From Heptranchias perlo (lineage: Eukaryota), in NCBI RefSeq assembly GCF_035084215.1, contig NC_090364.1, positions 1,736,001-1,800,000 on the forward strand: DNA of 64,000 bases, read 5' to 3'. The translations under genes and the position numbers were made by a program. The notes under the pieces are model-generated. The model was not told the DNA's origin, did not search any database, and saw only the letters and a program-made list of their open reading frames with translations. Within the stretch, counting starts at the first letter, position 1; every line of letters starts with the position of its first letter. Below are positions 47,101 through 59,900 of this stretch, piece after piece.

Positions 47101-50100
47101 GCGGGTTTTGTGATATCTGAACATGTGCAGTCCGTCCAGAACCACTGCCGGCTCTCCACGTCTACCTCAGTATAAACAGGATGAATTCAGAGCACGGATC
47201 ACCTGGGAAAGGTCTCTATATATAAATGGGATGTTAGACTCTGGTTTAACATTCTGCCGTAATCTAGATCAACACATCAGTGCATTTGGATCAAATGTTA
47301 AACCAGGTCTGCCTGCTCCAATGTGTGTTAATCTGAGTTTTTCTTAAAGAAAGCCGTACCCGCTGAACTACTAATAGGCGGAGTATCCAGCCAAACTCAT
47401 CGGGGACTGGTTCAATATGGGGAGGAGCAATGCTGTTCAATGTTCTCCAAACAGACTGACATTGACAGTCTCTGACCGGCAGTATTTGGGACAGCAGCAT
47501 TTGCCATTCAGGTGTTCAAGATATAGCCCGTGGGTCATACACAGTCCTTGAAGTCCCGGTGACTCCCTCCTGCGGCCTGCGGGGCCCCGGTGACTCCCTC
47601 CTGCGGCCTGCGGGGCCCCGGTGACTCCCTCCTGCGGCCTGCGGGGCCCCGGTGACTCCCTCCTGCGGCCTGCGGGGCCCCGGTGACTCCCTCCTGCGGC
47701 CGAAATGGAGCGGTCGATTCAAACGGTTTGTAACATGGATTGTGGGGGGGGAGGGGGAGGTGGTCTTTGCGAGCATTCCCTTTAGTTGAACGTACCCCGA
47801 GTTTGGCCATCCCTGACGCACAGGATGTCACTCACTCCGTTGCTGCGGAGGAACCATTCACAGGACAGGTGATTGCTGAAATGTGAGTTTTTCGAAGCGC
47901 AGGCTGTGGGAATGTATGGGGACAGAACCTTCCTTGCAGTGATCTCATGAACCATTAAACAGCTTTCTGCAGATGGATCACAGAAGGCCCTGTAAACACT
48001 CTGTTCTTGGCGTGTTTGTGATACCTGCAGGTTTAATTCATGCTCACTGTTTCACTTGTGTGATTATTTAAGTCTCAAATCTTCGCAATATGTTGAGTTA
48101 AAGGGGAGATTTAATAGGACGTTGATGAATGTGCTGTTCTTAGTGGGAGTCCCATCTGGGACGAATCTAACTTGGTGCTTAGAGGGTTGTGGTAGCATTT
48201 AACTTGAACGTAAGAGGGCAATTTGCAAGTTGTTCAGCGAGCTGCAGTGGCTGGTTGGCTCAGAGCAGCACTGAACACCCCCGTCGTAAGCACGTGATTG
48301 AGATTTAAGTTCCCGCTGAGTGACGGTCTCTCTAACTGCTCACTCCTGGGCTCTGTTACCTGAAGCTGGTTACGCTTTCTTCTCTTCTCTCCTCCCCCCC
48401 CCCCCCCCCCCCCCCCTCACAGGTGCCACCCCTTGTTGGGGTTCGGTTCCGCAATGTCCAGCTGCCCTTCGTTACCTCGCCCAAGTCACCATTCTTCACC
48501 CATGAGCTTTGACCGTGAGTTCGTGGGCTATTTGACCATTTGAACAGCGTCGCTGAGGCCCAATCTTGTCCTCATCCAAAACTCATTCTTTCTCCTGCTC
48601 CGCCTGTGTAGCAGAAGTTGCTGGATAGCGATCAGGAGCATGAGTCCTAATTGATTTTATTGTTTCCCAATTCCTAACAAGGGCATTTTGGCCGATTATA
48701 GTCCCTGTACCCTGTCTCGGCTGTAATCAGCTAACTCAGCACAGTCCTTCCTGCTCTCCGTGTCTGTTACACGCTGGATAAACTCAAACAGCCATCAGAA
48801 GAGCTGCCGGCTAAATATTAACATCAGCTCTTGTGCGTCTGCCTATTGCTGAGATTAAAAAGTGAAAAACTTTGTTTTGAGAATTTGTCGAGTTCTGGAA
48901 ACTCTTTAATGTTCTCCCACTCCTCACAGTCACACTGCAGCTGTGGGATGCCAGCGTTCCCTGGGCTACCTCCTCCAGGGTTTTTCCTAAATTCAGTTTG
49001 GGGAATTTTGTTCCCGTTTTCCTCCACATCCTGCACTGATGCCGAGTGCTTTAGGCTTGGTGCCGACTCGCGATGTGTAGTGTGATACCTCACCAAACCC
49101 CTTCTGGTTCCATTTTCTGCTTTGCTGAATCTGCCCCCTTTATATTATGGGGGGTGGGGGAAGATTTACTTGTGTAGTTGCCCCAAAGTAGTGAACGTGA
49201 TTTCAGTGGCCCTGGGTGAACAATGTCGGAGAAACTCTGGTAAGGCGCAGCTTTGACAAAAGCCACGCCAGCTGTATGGGCAGGCTGAGGTCGGTTAGTC
49301 CACCAGCGCACGGCTGTTTCTATTTATAATATGTTGGCAGCTTCTGAGACTTCCATCCAGGAAAAAAACACTTGGATTTATACAGCGCCTTTAATGAGCT
49401 CAGGAGGTCCTAAAGCGCTTTACAGCCAATGAAGTACTTTTGAAGTGTAGTCTCTGTTGTAATGAGGAGAAACGTGGCAGCCAATTTGTGCACAGCAAGA
49501 TCCCACAAACAGCAGTGATCAGGTAATCTGTTTTTTTTAGTGATGTTGATTGAGGGATAAATATTGGCCAGGACACCGGGGAGCACTCCCCTGCTCTTCA
49601 CATAGTACCATGGGATCTTGTACGCCCACCTGAGAGAGCAGACGGGGCAGCTCTCCCTCAGTACTGGCCACTAGAGTAGGGTTCAATGTCTGGGGACAGG
49701 TATGCTTTCAGTAGTTCACACGGTTGGTTCTAGCTATGCTTTGGCCATCTGAAGTGGCTCTGTAGGACAAAATGGGGCAGAACTGGCCTGCTGTGTAGGG
49801 CTGGTTGCATCGCGTGCAATCTGAGTGATGTTGCTGCAGCTGCCTTGTAACAGATTTACGGTTCATGGGTGTCAGGTGCTTGTTCGATGGGGTATGACTC
49901 GCCATGAGCACTAATCTCGGTGCAGCTGCTATTCGGAGCCCAATTCTTGCTTTGATCTCCTGACTGAGTAGAAGCCACATAATGAGGATGGCCTGTGGTG
50001 AACCTTTTCCCAACAACCTGACAAGGCAAAGCGTAGAATACACAGAAAACAAACTGGTGCCAAGAAAATGTGTTAATAATTTCGGGCTGTCAGTTATGCA

Positions 50101-53100
50101 GCTTCAGCTGTACTGGATGTCTGGTATCAGATTAAAGTAACAGCTCGGACCCAGCACTTGCAGAGCTAGAACGAGAGCGCTGTGTAACTAGGGGGATGTA
50201 GGACTCCGGGGGGAGGGCATCAAACAACGGCTAGTTTTACGATGGAAAAATAACTTTTTAAAGAAATCACGAACCAGCCCCAAACTGTCTGAAGTCTCTT
50301 GACTTCATAGTGCTGGATGGTGTTAAACTATAGCACAGGGCAGCTGCTCAGCGAATGAGCTAATGTTTACAGAACATCTGGGAATCTGGAATCCCTCAGA
50401 CTGAAATGACCAGACTACAGTTCACACAGGATTCATGGGGGCATATTACCTCAAAGCTTTTGCTGTTGTGCAATAATTGAAGACTATCGAGCTGGAAATC
50501 AGTTGAACTTTGGAGTCTGTGCAGTGCTGGGAGAAAATGTTTTCTCAAGTGCTGGAAGCTGAACAGTTTGTTCGGTGTCCTGTTTGATCCGGAGTTGAAT
50601 TAACACCCCATGTCCCAGCTATCGCCAAGACTACTTGCTTCAAGCTGTGCAATCGTGCCTGCCTCTTCCCCACCACACGCTACAACTCACCTCACATCGC
50701 CTCTCCGCACTCCACCCCCACATCCTGACCCCCTTTACTATGTAGTAACACTCGCTGGTGTGTGTTTGAAGGCGGGGGGGAGGGGGTGCGGGGCGGTTGC
50801 CAGGGAGACAATGGGCAAGGACAAATCAGACTCGACCGTGATCTATAGGCTCACACTTGATGCCAGAGAGCTGTTGGCACCTGTGGAATCGCACCCCTCC
50901 CCACCGAGACTCTGGGGGGCCTCCAGGAGAAGATAGACAACGGCAACAACGTGTGTTCATATAGCGCCTTTAAGGTAGTAAAATGCCTCAAGGTGCTTCA
51001 CAGGAGAGTAAACAGACAAAATTTGACACCGAGCCACACAAGGAGATATTGGGACAGGTGTTGGTCAGAGAGAGAGAGAGAGGCGGAGAGGTTTAGGGAG
51101 GAGATTCCAGAGCAGGAGAAAGAAATTAAGTAACATATGGAAGTGTTGAGAGTTAATTGCCAATGTAAAGCACTGTGATTCCCTGCTGCAATGCTCAACA
51201 CCTCCAGTTATTAATGCGCTCATATCGTTCCCAGGTACGACGTGGAGCTGTTTCAGAGGATTGAGCACCTGATTGGGAAGAAACTTCCAGTATTCCCCAC
51301 ACAAGAGGAAGAGGTGATGATGTTGGTGGAACGAGTGACAGAAGCACAGCGATACGCACGTCTGGTATGTGCAATTCTCACTCGCATATTTTTATATGGT
51401 GTTGGCGCTAGGATTTCAGTGATGTGTAATGTGTGAAAATTTCCGTACTGTGTCCATCTGACTTGTGAAAAACAGCCAGTGGTTCAACTATAGATTCTGT
51501 CCTTTCAAACTTGGATTGTGTATTGAGCTGATGGTGTAGTACTGATGGTGTATGGTGTGTACTGCAGTAGTTTGAGTTGATGAATTCAGATGTCACATAC
51601 AATCATAGAATATTCCAGCACAGAAACAGACCATTCAGCCAATCAAGTCTGTCCAGGTGTTTTTATTCAACAAGCAGCCTAACCTAATCCTAATCCACTC
51701 CTTGCTCGCCATACCCTTCAGTATTCCTCTTCTATGGACTCTGCTTCAACAACAGTTTGTGGCACATTCTAACTACCCTTGGTGTAAAGAACTTTTTTCT
51801 AACCTTGAATTTGTGCCTTTGCGTCATCATCTCACTGACCAATCTATCACTAGTTATCTTTACCATAATCTTTCATAGTCTTGATCACCCCTTAATTGTC
51901 TCAGCCCAAACTTCTTAGATCCCCTTATAATGTTAACCCTGGTAATAATGTCACCCTGGTAACATCTCAGTGAATCTGCACCTTCCCCATTGCTTTTAGA
52001 TTCTTCCTATAATCGGTACCGAAACCTACATGCAATACTCCAGCTGTGGCCTACCGTCTTGTCTAAGCTCAGCATTCTGAGTCTTTAGATACAAAAAACA
52101 AGGATCAATTTAACTTTTCCCATGGCTTTATCTAAATGTTGCCAGTTCTAATGACCTGTGTATCTGCAGAGAAAGGCGTTTCTGCTCTTATACTCCATTT
52201 AAAGTCTTGCTATTTAAGGGGAATTTCGTTACCTCATTCTGAACTGTACTGATTCACATTTTTCTGCATCTGCTGCCTGTCTGCCCATGAAGTTTATTGG
52301 CACAGTGTGAAAATATATTGCTGCAGCTGCAGTTTCCCCTGGTACATGGATACCGATATGTTGAATAAGCCATATGAAGAAACTGCTCTTAGCACCGCTA
52401 CAATATAGCAGCTACATAACCAATTTGTAAAAATGCTATATTGGGTTGGGGTCTCCATTACTTGGGGTGGTTAGGAAGTGGTTGTAATCCCACCATAATT
52501 TGTTAAATGGAAGTGGTTTGACCCACTGGAATTTTCCATTGTGTAACTGATGGTGGTACATGTGAATTCTGTGTGAATCATCATTGTGTTTGGCTCAAGG
52601 ACTGCTGTAAGTTCAAAGACCTGATTGATAGTTCCGATGAATCACAGTAACATGAGTTATTACAGTTTGCAGCAACTTGAATACATTTTCACAAAACCAT
52701 GGAAAATCTTTCTTGTTCCACCCTGCACCACCTTATGTGGTACTGAGCATACAGATCAGGAAGTGCCTGGGTTTGATCCCTGGAATATGTTGAGGTTTGA
52801 TGCTGAGTTAGCTGATCTTGGCTTGGGGCATTGGACTGGGTTGGGAGGGTGATGGCGGAGGAGAGAATCAGCCAAGGGTCCTGCTCCTGATCACTATCCC
52901 GTTTCTTGCTGAAAAGCATGTGTGTTAATGTCAGGACGGGATTGGGCATGACTGATGCTCCTTGCAGTTGAATAGTCCGCTAAAACTGACTGCCCAGTCT
53001 CACGCGAAGAATAGTCACCTGAGCATGGTATGTGAGGGCAGCGAGCCCCGTGGAACTATACCCCAGCAAGACTCAGAATCTCGGAGTGCAGAGGAAAAGG

Positions 53101-54922
53101 GGAAATTCTCTCGTTGCAGCAACAGCAAGTGCTGGCGGCCGTCCCGAAGTTGTACAGACGCTGATGTGGAAAAGTGCCAGTGACCTCGATAGTTCGAGTG
53201 AAGTCGTTGTTTCCCTGCAACAGCTGGCCTGATAGCCAGCCCCAGACCCAAACATAACGGCAAGCTCTCGCTGCCAGCTTACATAACTTCCACTAGGCTA
53301 CAGACCAGTCTGGGTTTGATGTAACTAACGAGCAGTGTAATCCAGGATAAAACCCAGCGGACGCGACACTGCCCCACTGATTGGAGAGACCCCATGTCTG
53401 CTGCTAGGGGCCCGGGACTTTATTGCCTTCCCGACTGCTCCCGACAGAGTTACTGGGTTTTCCACGTGCTGGGAAAGTTCAGTCTGGGACATGGTGCAGA
53501 CACTATATCCATTATGCAGTCTGAATCTGGCACCAGCGTATTGGAAGCCTGGCCAGGAATCCTGCTGGTGAATTCTTCCTCGACTGAGACATTAGCCTGC
53601 TACAGATCATGTTACACTGCCAAATGGGGAATATCGTATCATTTCCTTAAATTGATTAGTAGAATTGTTGTGGCCAAGTTATTAGAGATGCTTATTTTGA
53701 TTTATAATTTGCTAATTCTATTGTAGTTTAGGCAATGTTATTTTCCAGTTTCCACCACTACACATGCTGTTGTGTGCTCATTTTCTCCCTTCATCAGCTG
53801 AAGGTTACAAAACTAACAATGTTTTGGTAATGTGAAGTGTGTGTGCATGTGAGGTGTGTGTGTACACAATGTGTTGTCTGACAGTGGTGGGCTGAAGATT
53901 TATGTCTGACATCCCACCAGGTAAGGAGCCATCAGCCAAGTATGTGCGCTGATGGAGGGGGCAGGATTGGTACAATGTGTACTACAGGAGCAGGAGTGTT
54001 TGCTCAAACTTATACACTATTTTAGTCCTTGTTTGTAACTGTTCGTGCTTGTGACTATGCATAATCTGTATCGAATATTTTTATTATATCTTCTATCTTA
54101 GTTGAATTAAATCATACAATATTTGTCAAGAATTAAATTTTTTAGGGGAACAGGTTGAAGGTTTATGTACTTTTGGGGTGGATTTGTAAAACGTATGGCA
54201 TTGGGTTGGAGTGAAATGTGATGTTTCATTGCATGAATTTTACAGACAGCAGCACCTCTCCCCCAGCATGAACAAACTGTCTGAGGAGGAGGTACAATGA
54301 GATTGTGCTTCATAACAGGTGGGAAATTGCACAAGTGGATCCCCTCATTAATTGTCGACATTAATAAACTCGGGAGCAGATCTCCCGCCTGCTGAGACAC
54401 ATGTACAGTTTATGGGGATCAAAACCAAGAGGGAGAGAAGAAGGGAGCGTGAGAGTTTAATCAGGTTGGATTGTGAGGACTGTTGCAGTTTTATTGTTTT
54501 GTGGGGTCGTTCAAGGTGACCTCTTACCCTCCACTGGCCTCTCTGTTTGGACTGTGTCCTAACTAATGGTGTCTTCTTTGCGTTTCTCGGTGACTGTCCA
54601 GAAGGTGTACGTGAGCAGGATGCAATGCCACATCTGTGGTTGGTTTTCCCCTTGCTCACAGGCAGCTTGGCTCAAACCAGTGACCGTCCACCCGAGGCTG
54701 TTGCATGTTGGAACCAGCGGGCGCTTTAAGGTGTGGCGTAAATGTGAGGCTTCGGGAGCGAGCGGCTGCTGTAATACTGAGCATCTATACTTTCAACAGG
54801 AGCTGAGGGAGCAGGGAGACAAGAGGAAACGGGCACGGCAAGAGGACAACGATGATACAGAAGAATCGCTCGGTGTCAGGAAAAAAGTCTTGGGAGGCAA
54901 AGCGAGAAAAAGGCCACGATAA
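38077..54922 (+). CDS. DDX47: DEAD-box RNA helicase DDX47 (Rrp3 ortholog), 450 aa; join(38077..38157,39176..39269,40040..40228,40853..40924,41393..41511,42891..42962,44158..44274,45069..45215,45317..45454,46868..46938,51235..51364,54800..54922)
   Basis: Q motif, [41 protein letters not shown] and [10 protein letters not shown]. All 11 introns are GT-AG, the phases chain, and the CDS totals 1353 nt. Confidence 0.96.
38440..38900. repeat. ~37-bp minisatellite with variable C-runs (cagtctatggctgacatggggtatt-Cn), DDX47 intron 1
   Basis: Directly visible. Confidence 0.93.
39176..39269 (+). CDS. DDX47: DDX47 exon 2
   Basis: [31 protein letters not shown]; ag/gt flanks. Confidence 0.94.
39441..39718 (+). 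mobile_element. Deu-domain SINE 3' half
   Basis: Similar to 42078-42394. Confidence 0.65.
40040..40228 (+). CDS. DDX47: DDX47 exon 3
   Basis: [14 protein letters not shown]...[17 protein letters not shown]. Confidence 0.95.
40853..40924 (+). CDS. DDX47: DDX47 exon 4
   Basis: [23 protein letters not shown]. Confidence 0.94.
41393..41511 (+). CDS. DDX47: DDX47 exon 5
   Basis: [39 protein letters not shown]. Confidence 0.95.
41889..42394 (+). mobile_element. Deu-domain tRNA SINE, full length
   Basis: A-box tggctcagtggg, B-box ggttcaagtccc, Deu core and L2-type tail. Confidence 0.85.
42891..42962 (+). CDS. DDX47: DDX47 exon 6
   Basis: [24 protein letters not shown]. Confidence 0.95.
43396..43845 (+). 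mobile_element. Deu-domain tRNA SINE, full length
   Basis: Same family as 41889-42394. A further partial copy lies at ~44409-44630. Confidence 0.82.
44158..44274 (+). CDS. DDX47: DDX47 exon 7
   Basis: [39 protein letters not shown]. Confidence 0.95.
45069..45215 (+). CDS. DDX47: DDX47 exon 8
   Basis: [49 protein letters not shown]. Confidence 0.95.
45317..45454 (+). CDS. DDX47: DDX47 exon 9
   Basis: [46 protein letters not shown]. Confidence 0.95.
46176..46620 (+). mobile_element. L2-type LINE 3' end
   Basis: [24 protein letters not shown]; similar to the reverse complement of 10398-10870. Confidence 0.8.
46868..46938 (+). CDS. DDX47: DDX47 exon 10
   Basis: [23 protein letters not shown]. 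Confidence 0.95.
47555..47701. repeat. 31-bp GC-rich tandem repeat, ~4.7 copies
   Basis: Unit cccggtgactccctcctgcggcctgcggggc. Confidence 0.93.
49365..49665 (-). mobile_element. Deu-domain SINE 3' part, antisense to DDX47
   Basis: Reverse complement of 42060-42394. Confidence 0.78.
51235..51364 (+). CDS. DDX47: DDX47 exon 11
   Basis: [43 protein letters not shown]. Confidence 0.95.
54800..54922 (+). CDS. DDX47: DDX47 exon 12 (last coding)
   Basis: [40 protein letters not shown]-stop; basic C-terminal tail. Confidence 0.92.
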   Translation, partial: ELREQGDKRKRARQEDNDDTEESLGVRKKVLGGKARKRPR

Positions 54923-55255
54923 GGTTCTCCACCACAGACTGTGTGCTCAATTGTTTTCTGATTGGATGTGATATTTATATTTTATATACTAGCCCACAGT
55001 TGGATTGTACCAGTGCCCGGTATGATCCATTCGCTCGGATCTCTGTTGTGAAGACTTTATTATTGACAGATTAAACTGATGAGTAAATGTCCCTTTGCTG
55101 TGGTGCACTGCCATTCTTGGCCCAGGGACTGAATGTTGTCTGCCTCCATCACCAATTCCCTGGACAAAATTGAGTTACTATTTAAATCTTAAACCTGCAT
55201 AGTGTCATTTGAGAAGTGTTTCAAACCATGCAAGATTTAACTGAATATTCTCTTA

Positions 55256-55261
55256 AATAAA
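55256..55261 (+). terminator. Putative DDX47 polyadenylation signal
   Basis: AATAAA ~335 nt after the stop, with a GT-rich tract downstream. Confidence 0.55.
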
Positions 55262-56307
55262 CTCAACAAATGCTATCTTGGTGCCATTAATGTCTCTATG
55301 GTCTTTACAGTTGGGATGTGCCAGATACAATATTTATCCAGGAGGGAAACCAATCAAATAACACATGAAAGATGATGTCTCAAAGTTATCTTGGTGTCTG
55401 CCTATTTTCATTTATAACAGATCCTTCCATGGCCACTCCCCTCCTGTTCTCTGCCACCTCCTCTAGCCCCAAGTGCTCCTGACTCTGCCCCCTCTCCCTG
55501 CTCTCCTATCAGTGACTGAGTCTTCAGCCATTGTGCTGCTGCCCTCTGAATTTCTCTTCCCAAACGAACCCCTTTCCTATATCTCTTCCTGAAATCTCCA
55601 AATAACCCACCTCTTCAATCGCCTCACTTAGCTCCACTTTTCATCCTCATGTTTCACCCTCACTTAGTGAAACATATTGGGGGATAGAGAAGGGGTTCAG
55701 CAATGTTGAACTTCTGTTCGAGGCCAGAGAGAGTGAGAGGCAATAGATGAAAGGCTAAGGATGGGGCAATCGACGGTAAGAGCTTAGAAGCTGTTGGCTG
55801 GACTTGCCCAAGATGGGAATAAACTGGGCTAGGTTTTCCACCCACTTCCTCTGGATCTTTCTGGAAGGATCTGAGCGGGTGTAGGCAGAAATATTCTTGA
55901 GGATTTGCTTGACTCATCTCCATTTCCCGGTGGGTGCAATCGGTGCCTTAAAATGCCCCTGACTGTAGGGCCACATCAATAGAGGCATAAATTTGGCAGA
56001 GAATTTTTTTTTGCAGGCAGCTCAGTGGTTGCCTGTCCCTCCCACCGTGGCAGGCCCTCGAGGTGTCCCTCACTTCCATTCTGGCTCGACACCCCAACGG
56101 AGGCTAGGAAACCAGCACCTGCGTGCAACTGACCTCAGGACTTGGGCGGGGGGGTGGGGGGCATCTTCAGGGCGGGCGAAAGTTCTGCCTCGACAGAGTC
56201 GCGGCCTCACTGGCAAACCCGGGCCACCGTGTCAAGAATTGAAGGACACAAGATTTGCATTGGTTAAGGGCTGAGACCAATTGTCAGTGAATCAACCACT
56301 GCACTGA

Positions 56308-56750
56308 ATTACATAGAATTTACAGCACAGAAACAGGCCATTCGGCCCAACTGGTCTATGCCGGTGTGTATGCTCCACATGAGCCTCCTCCCTCCCTACT
56401 TCATCTCACCCTATCAGCATATCGTTCTATTCCTTTCTCCCTCATGTGTTTATCTACCTTTCCCTTTAAATGCATCTATGCTATTTGCCTCAACTACTCC
56501 TTGTGGTAGCAAGTTCCACATTCTTATCGCTCTGGGCAAAGAAGTTTCTCCTGAATTCCTTATTGGATTTATTAGTGACTATCTTATATTTATGGCCCCT
56601 AGCTTTGGTCTCCCCCACAAGTGGAAACATCTCTACGTCTACCCTATTAAATCTCTTTATAATTTTAAAGACCTCTATCAGGTCACCCCTCAGCCATCTC
56701 TTTTCCTGACTGTTATAACCCCACAGTTCTGGTATCATCCTTATAAATGA
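56308..56750 (-). mobile_element. CR1-type LINE 3' end
   Basis: Minus ORF LRGDLIEVFKII...GETKARGHKYKI. Confidence 0.82.
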
Positions 56751-56971
56751 GCGGGGATTGGAGGGTGTAGATGTGTGATTGGCCGAGAGTTGATGGACGT
56801 GGAGTGGAGTGTTCGGTTGGTTGATGAGTGCAGAGTGATACTAGTGGAAAATAGCTGCGAACGTGGCTTTGGCGGGAGTGCGGGTGATGGGACCTTGATT
56901 CAATGAGCACAGCAACCGCACTTTGTATTTGGGAAAAGTGATCCAAACAAAGTCGATTACTTTTGTTAAAT

Positions 56972-56977
56972 TTTATT
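56972..56977 (-). terminator. Putative polyadenylation signal of an unidentified minus-strand gene
   Basis: Minus-strand AATAAA with a U/GU-rich downstream element, at the end of a long AT-rich, repeat-poor tract. Confidence 0.4.
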
Positions 56978-59900
56978 GTTATATTCATAAAATACAGACA
57001 TTAGAAACTGCAGGATTTTAGCTTTACTAAAATATGAAAATAAAATAGAATTAACTCAGCGCTGTATCTTCAGCAGGTGCAACAAAGCAATGATAATTGA
57101 TTCTTACATCATGTGAAATAAGAGATTTACTAAAGATACCGTCCTGCTCCCCCAACTCGGTCCACCCCCAGAATAGCTACGCAGCTGTTAAATAGAGAAT
57201 GTCTTACCCCTCCATGCATTGTTATAACATTTTCAAAATGAAGGAAGCCCTTTTCTCAAATCCAGTACTCCATCCTCCAAACTGTAGCAGACAGCCAATA
57301 CATGGCCGTAAACTGTGAAGGAAATATGTCCCTATTGGGGACTGACTCCACCCAAAAATAATCCCCATTCTGCTTTGTTTAGTTTCTTTTCGAAAGATTG
57401 AGTGATTGAAAATGGGAGTCTTTTGTTGACTCGGAGCTTGGCTTTTTGAGAAGGAGGTTCTGATACACTTAGTTTCATTCCTGCAAAGCTTTTAAATTAG
57501 GACAAAAATGATTTAAGACCAACGGAAGGATTAGTTTTAAAATAACCTTCCACAACATGGAGGCAATTCACAGAGAGACTAAACAAGGAATTTACAAAAA
57601 TTAAACAGAAATTTCAGCTGTATGATACAACTGTACAGTCAATATTTGGGCCTGGGGGGTGGGGGGAGATGGGAGACTGTGTGTCTTTAGATATTTAAAT
57701 TATAATACATTTGTGCCTTAGACAGAAGTAAACATTGGTACTTAAACTATAAGAGGAGCACAGTGGGACAGTGTAATGGAGACCCAGCTTATTCCATCAC
57801 TGATGAAGAGCACACAAGGTATAAGAACTAGACTGGATACCACCCTGTGATATTGCACATAACCTGGACCCTGGAGATCACCCTGTGATATTGCACATAA
57901 CCTGGAGTCTGGAGATCACCCTGTGTGATATCGCATAAATGCTACTTGTGTTGGTATGATAATATTGCACAAGGTAATTGCTTATATGAAGATCTTTTGG
58001 CTGCTATTTTAACAGTGGTTAACCTGTTTATTTCCTTTAATAGAGCAGCCTAAGGAATTTGACAGGAACTCATTAAGCGTTTGGTACGATAATAGAGCAC
58101 AGGATCACGCCAGACTCCGCTGCTCCCCCAGTGCAGGCATTAACTGGGTACCCACTGCTCAGCTGTATGTACTGTTTATACCACACATAATATATCCAAA
58201 GTGATTCAAATGTGCTACTTCTTAAAGCACTGTTTTTCTTTATTTAAATCCTTTTTGTTCATTAGAGCTGATGATCCCTTAATTGCCCCTATGAAGTGCC
58301 CCATTCTTTCCCTCTTCCATCTAGAACTTACTCTGCATCTGGTAGCTGGGCTGGAGATATCTTGTTTGCCTTTTATTTTTAAACAAATTAAAAGGGGGGG
58401 GGGCAGAAAACCCCAGTAATTGTTATGTAAACGTCACGTTGGTTGAGGTGAAGGGTGTTGAGAGCTGGGTATTGAACGCTTTCCATTTCAGACACCCAGT
58501 GTTGGTATCAAACACTTGCAGGTCAGGTACAGCATAGGTGAGCTACAGAATTAAAAGCTGCCTCTACTCTGACCAGAAGTATACGTCAGTCCCACCCTCT
58601 GAAACAGACCTGCTAATACTTCACCGTGACAGCTTTCCAGTTCCAACAACATCTGCCTTTCTGAGCAAAGTTGCCAATTTAGTGCCAAATTAGGGACAGA
58701 GCAATAAGCCCATTCCCTCTAGGGACTAGGCTGAGAGGCCAAACTCATTTCATATAAGGCCCTTAACAGCCAGCTCGAGGGGCCTCTCATCTTGTTAGTC
58801 TTGGCTGGACGTGCAGCCAGATCCCCATGGTGACCCACCGAATCACCCAGATTTCATCAGGGGACATAATATTAAAGAAAAAGCTTTCACAAGACTTTTG
58901 TTTTCCCTTTTTAAAACAACAGGAGCAAGTATAATGAGGTGAGACTAGGCCCAGGGCATTGGGTGTAGCTGTCTCCTAGAGGTGGGGGCACTGAACATCA
59001 TTTTAACTGTTCAGTTTTTTTTTCTATTTGAAAAATTAGCAGCTTTTATTAAAAAAAAATTTAAATTGAAAGAGGAGTGACTGAATTTGGGAAAAAAAAA
59101 TCCATCATATCAGAGAGATGAAGGAAATTCACAGAAACAGGGGTAACCTGTTTACGCAGTGAAGGGCTGAAATCCCAGGGGACACAAGCTAAAAAGGAAG
59201 TTTGGGTAAATCTGGGAGATCTTCACCCAAAGGGAAACTGAATTGTGGAATAAGTTATCAGGACAGGACAGTGAAGCTGTCGGTGTAAATGGGGGTCAAG
59301 ACATGATTGAGGAATGCAGTGAGAAGGTGGGATTGATCTATGAGGAAGGAAGAGGCTTTTGGTCGTGTTGTCCCTGTTCTAGGGTGTGGTGAGCCCCTCT
59401 TAAATCAGAGGGCAGAGCTATGACCCACAGAACTAGTTTAAAATACTCTCTGATGGAAACTATGTTCAAGTTTTTGATCAAAATTGAAAATAATACAGTC
59501 TGAGCCACTCTGTTTGACATTATGTGTGGTATAAAGTACTGTGATGTTGCTGATGTTTTCAGTTTATTATTAATAATCTCCAAAATATTGTCGGTAGGCT
59601 GTTTGGAATCCGACTCTGTCTGCCAGGTAGTCACAGGGATAGTAGGACTCGCATATTTCCCTACGTCTTTCGTACGGTGTCTTGTAATAGTACTCACGGT
59701 GCCTAGAATTAGGATAGATTAACAGAGTTACGAAAGCACTTTGCTTTGTAAAATGAATTGACGCTGAGAGTTTAATGCTTGGAGAGAACCAGAATGTGCT
59801 TGGTGATAGACTGACAGAGAATACAGTGCTGGCCAGTCTACCCTGCCCATCTTGGGCTGCATTTGAGGTCAAGTCCCAGAGGTAGGATTTGGTGATCGGT

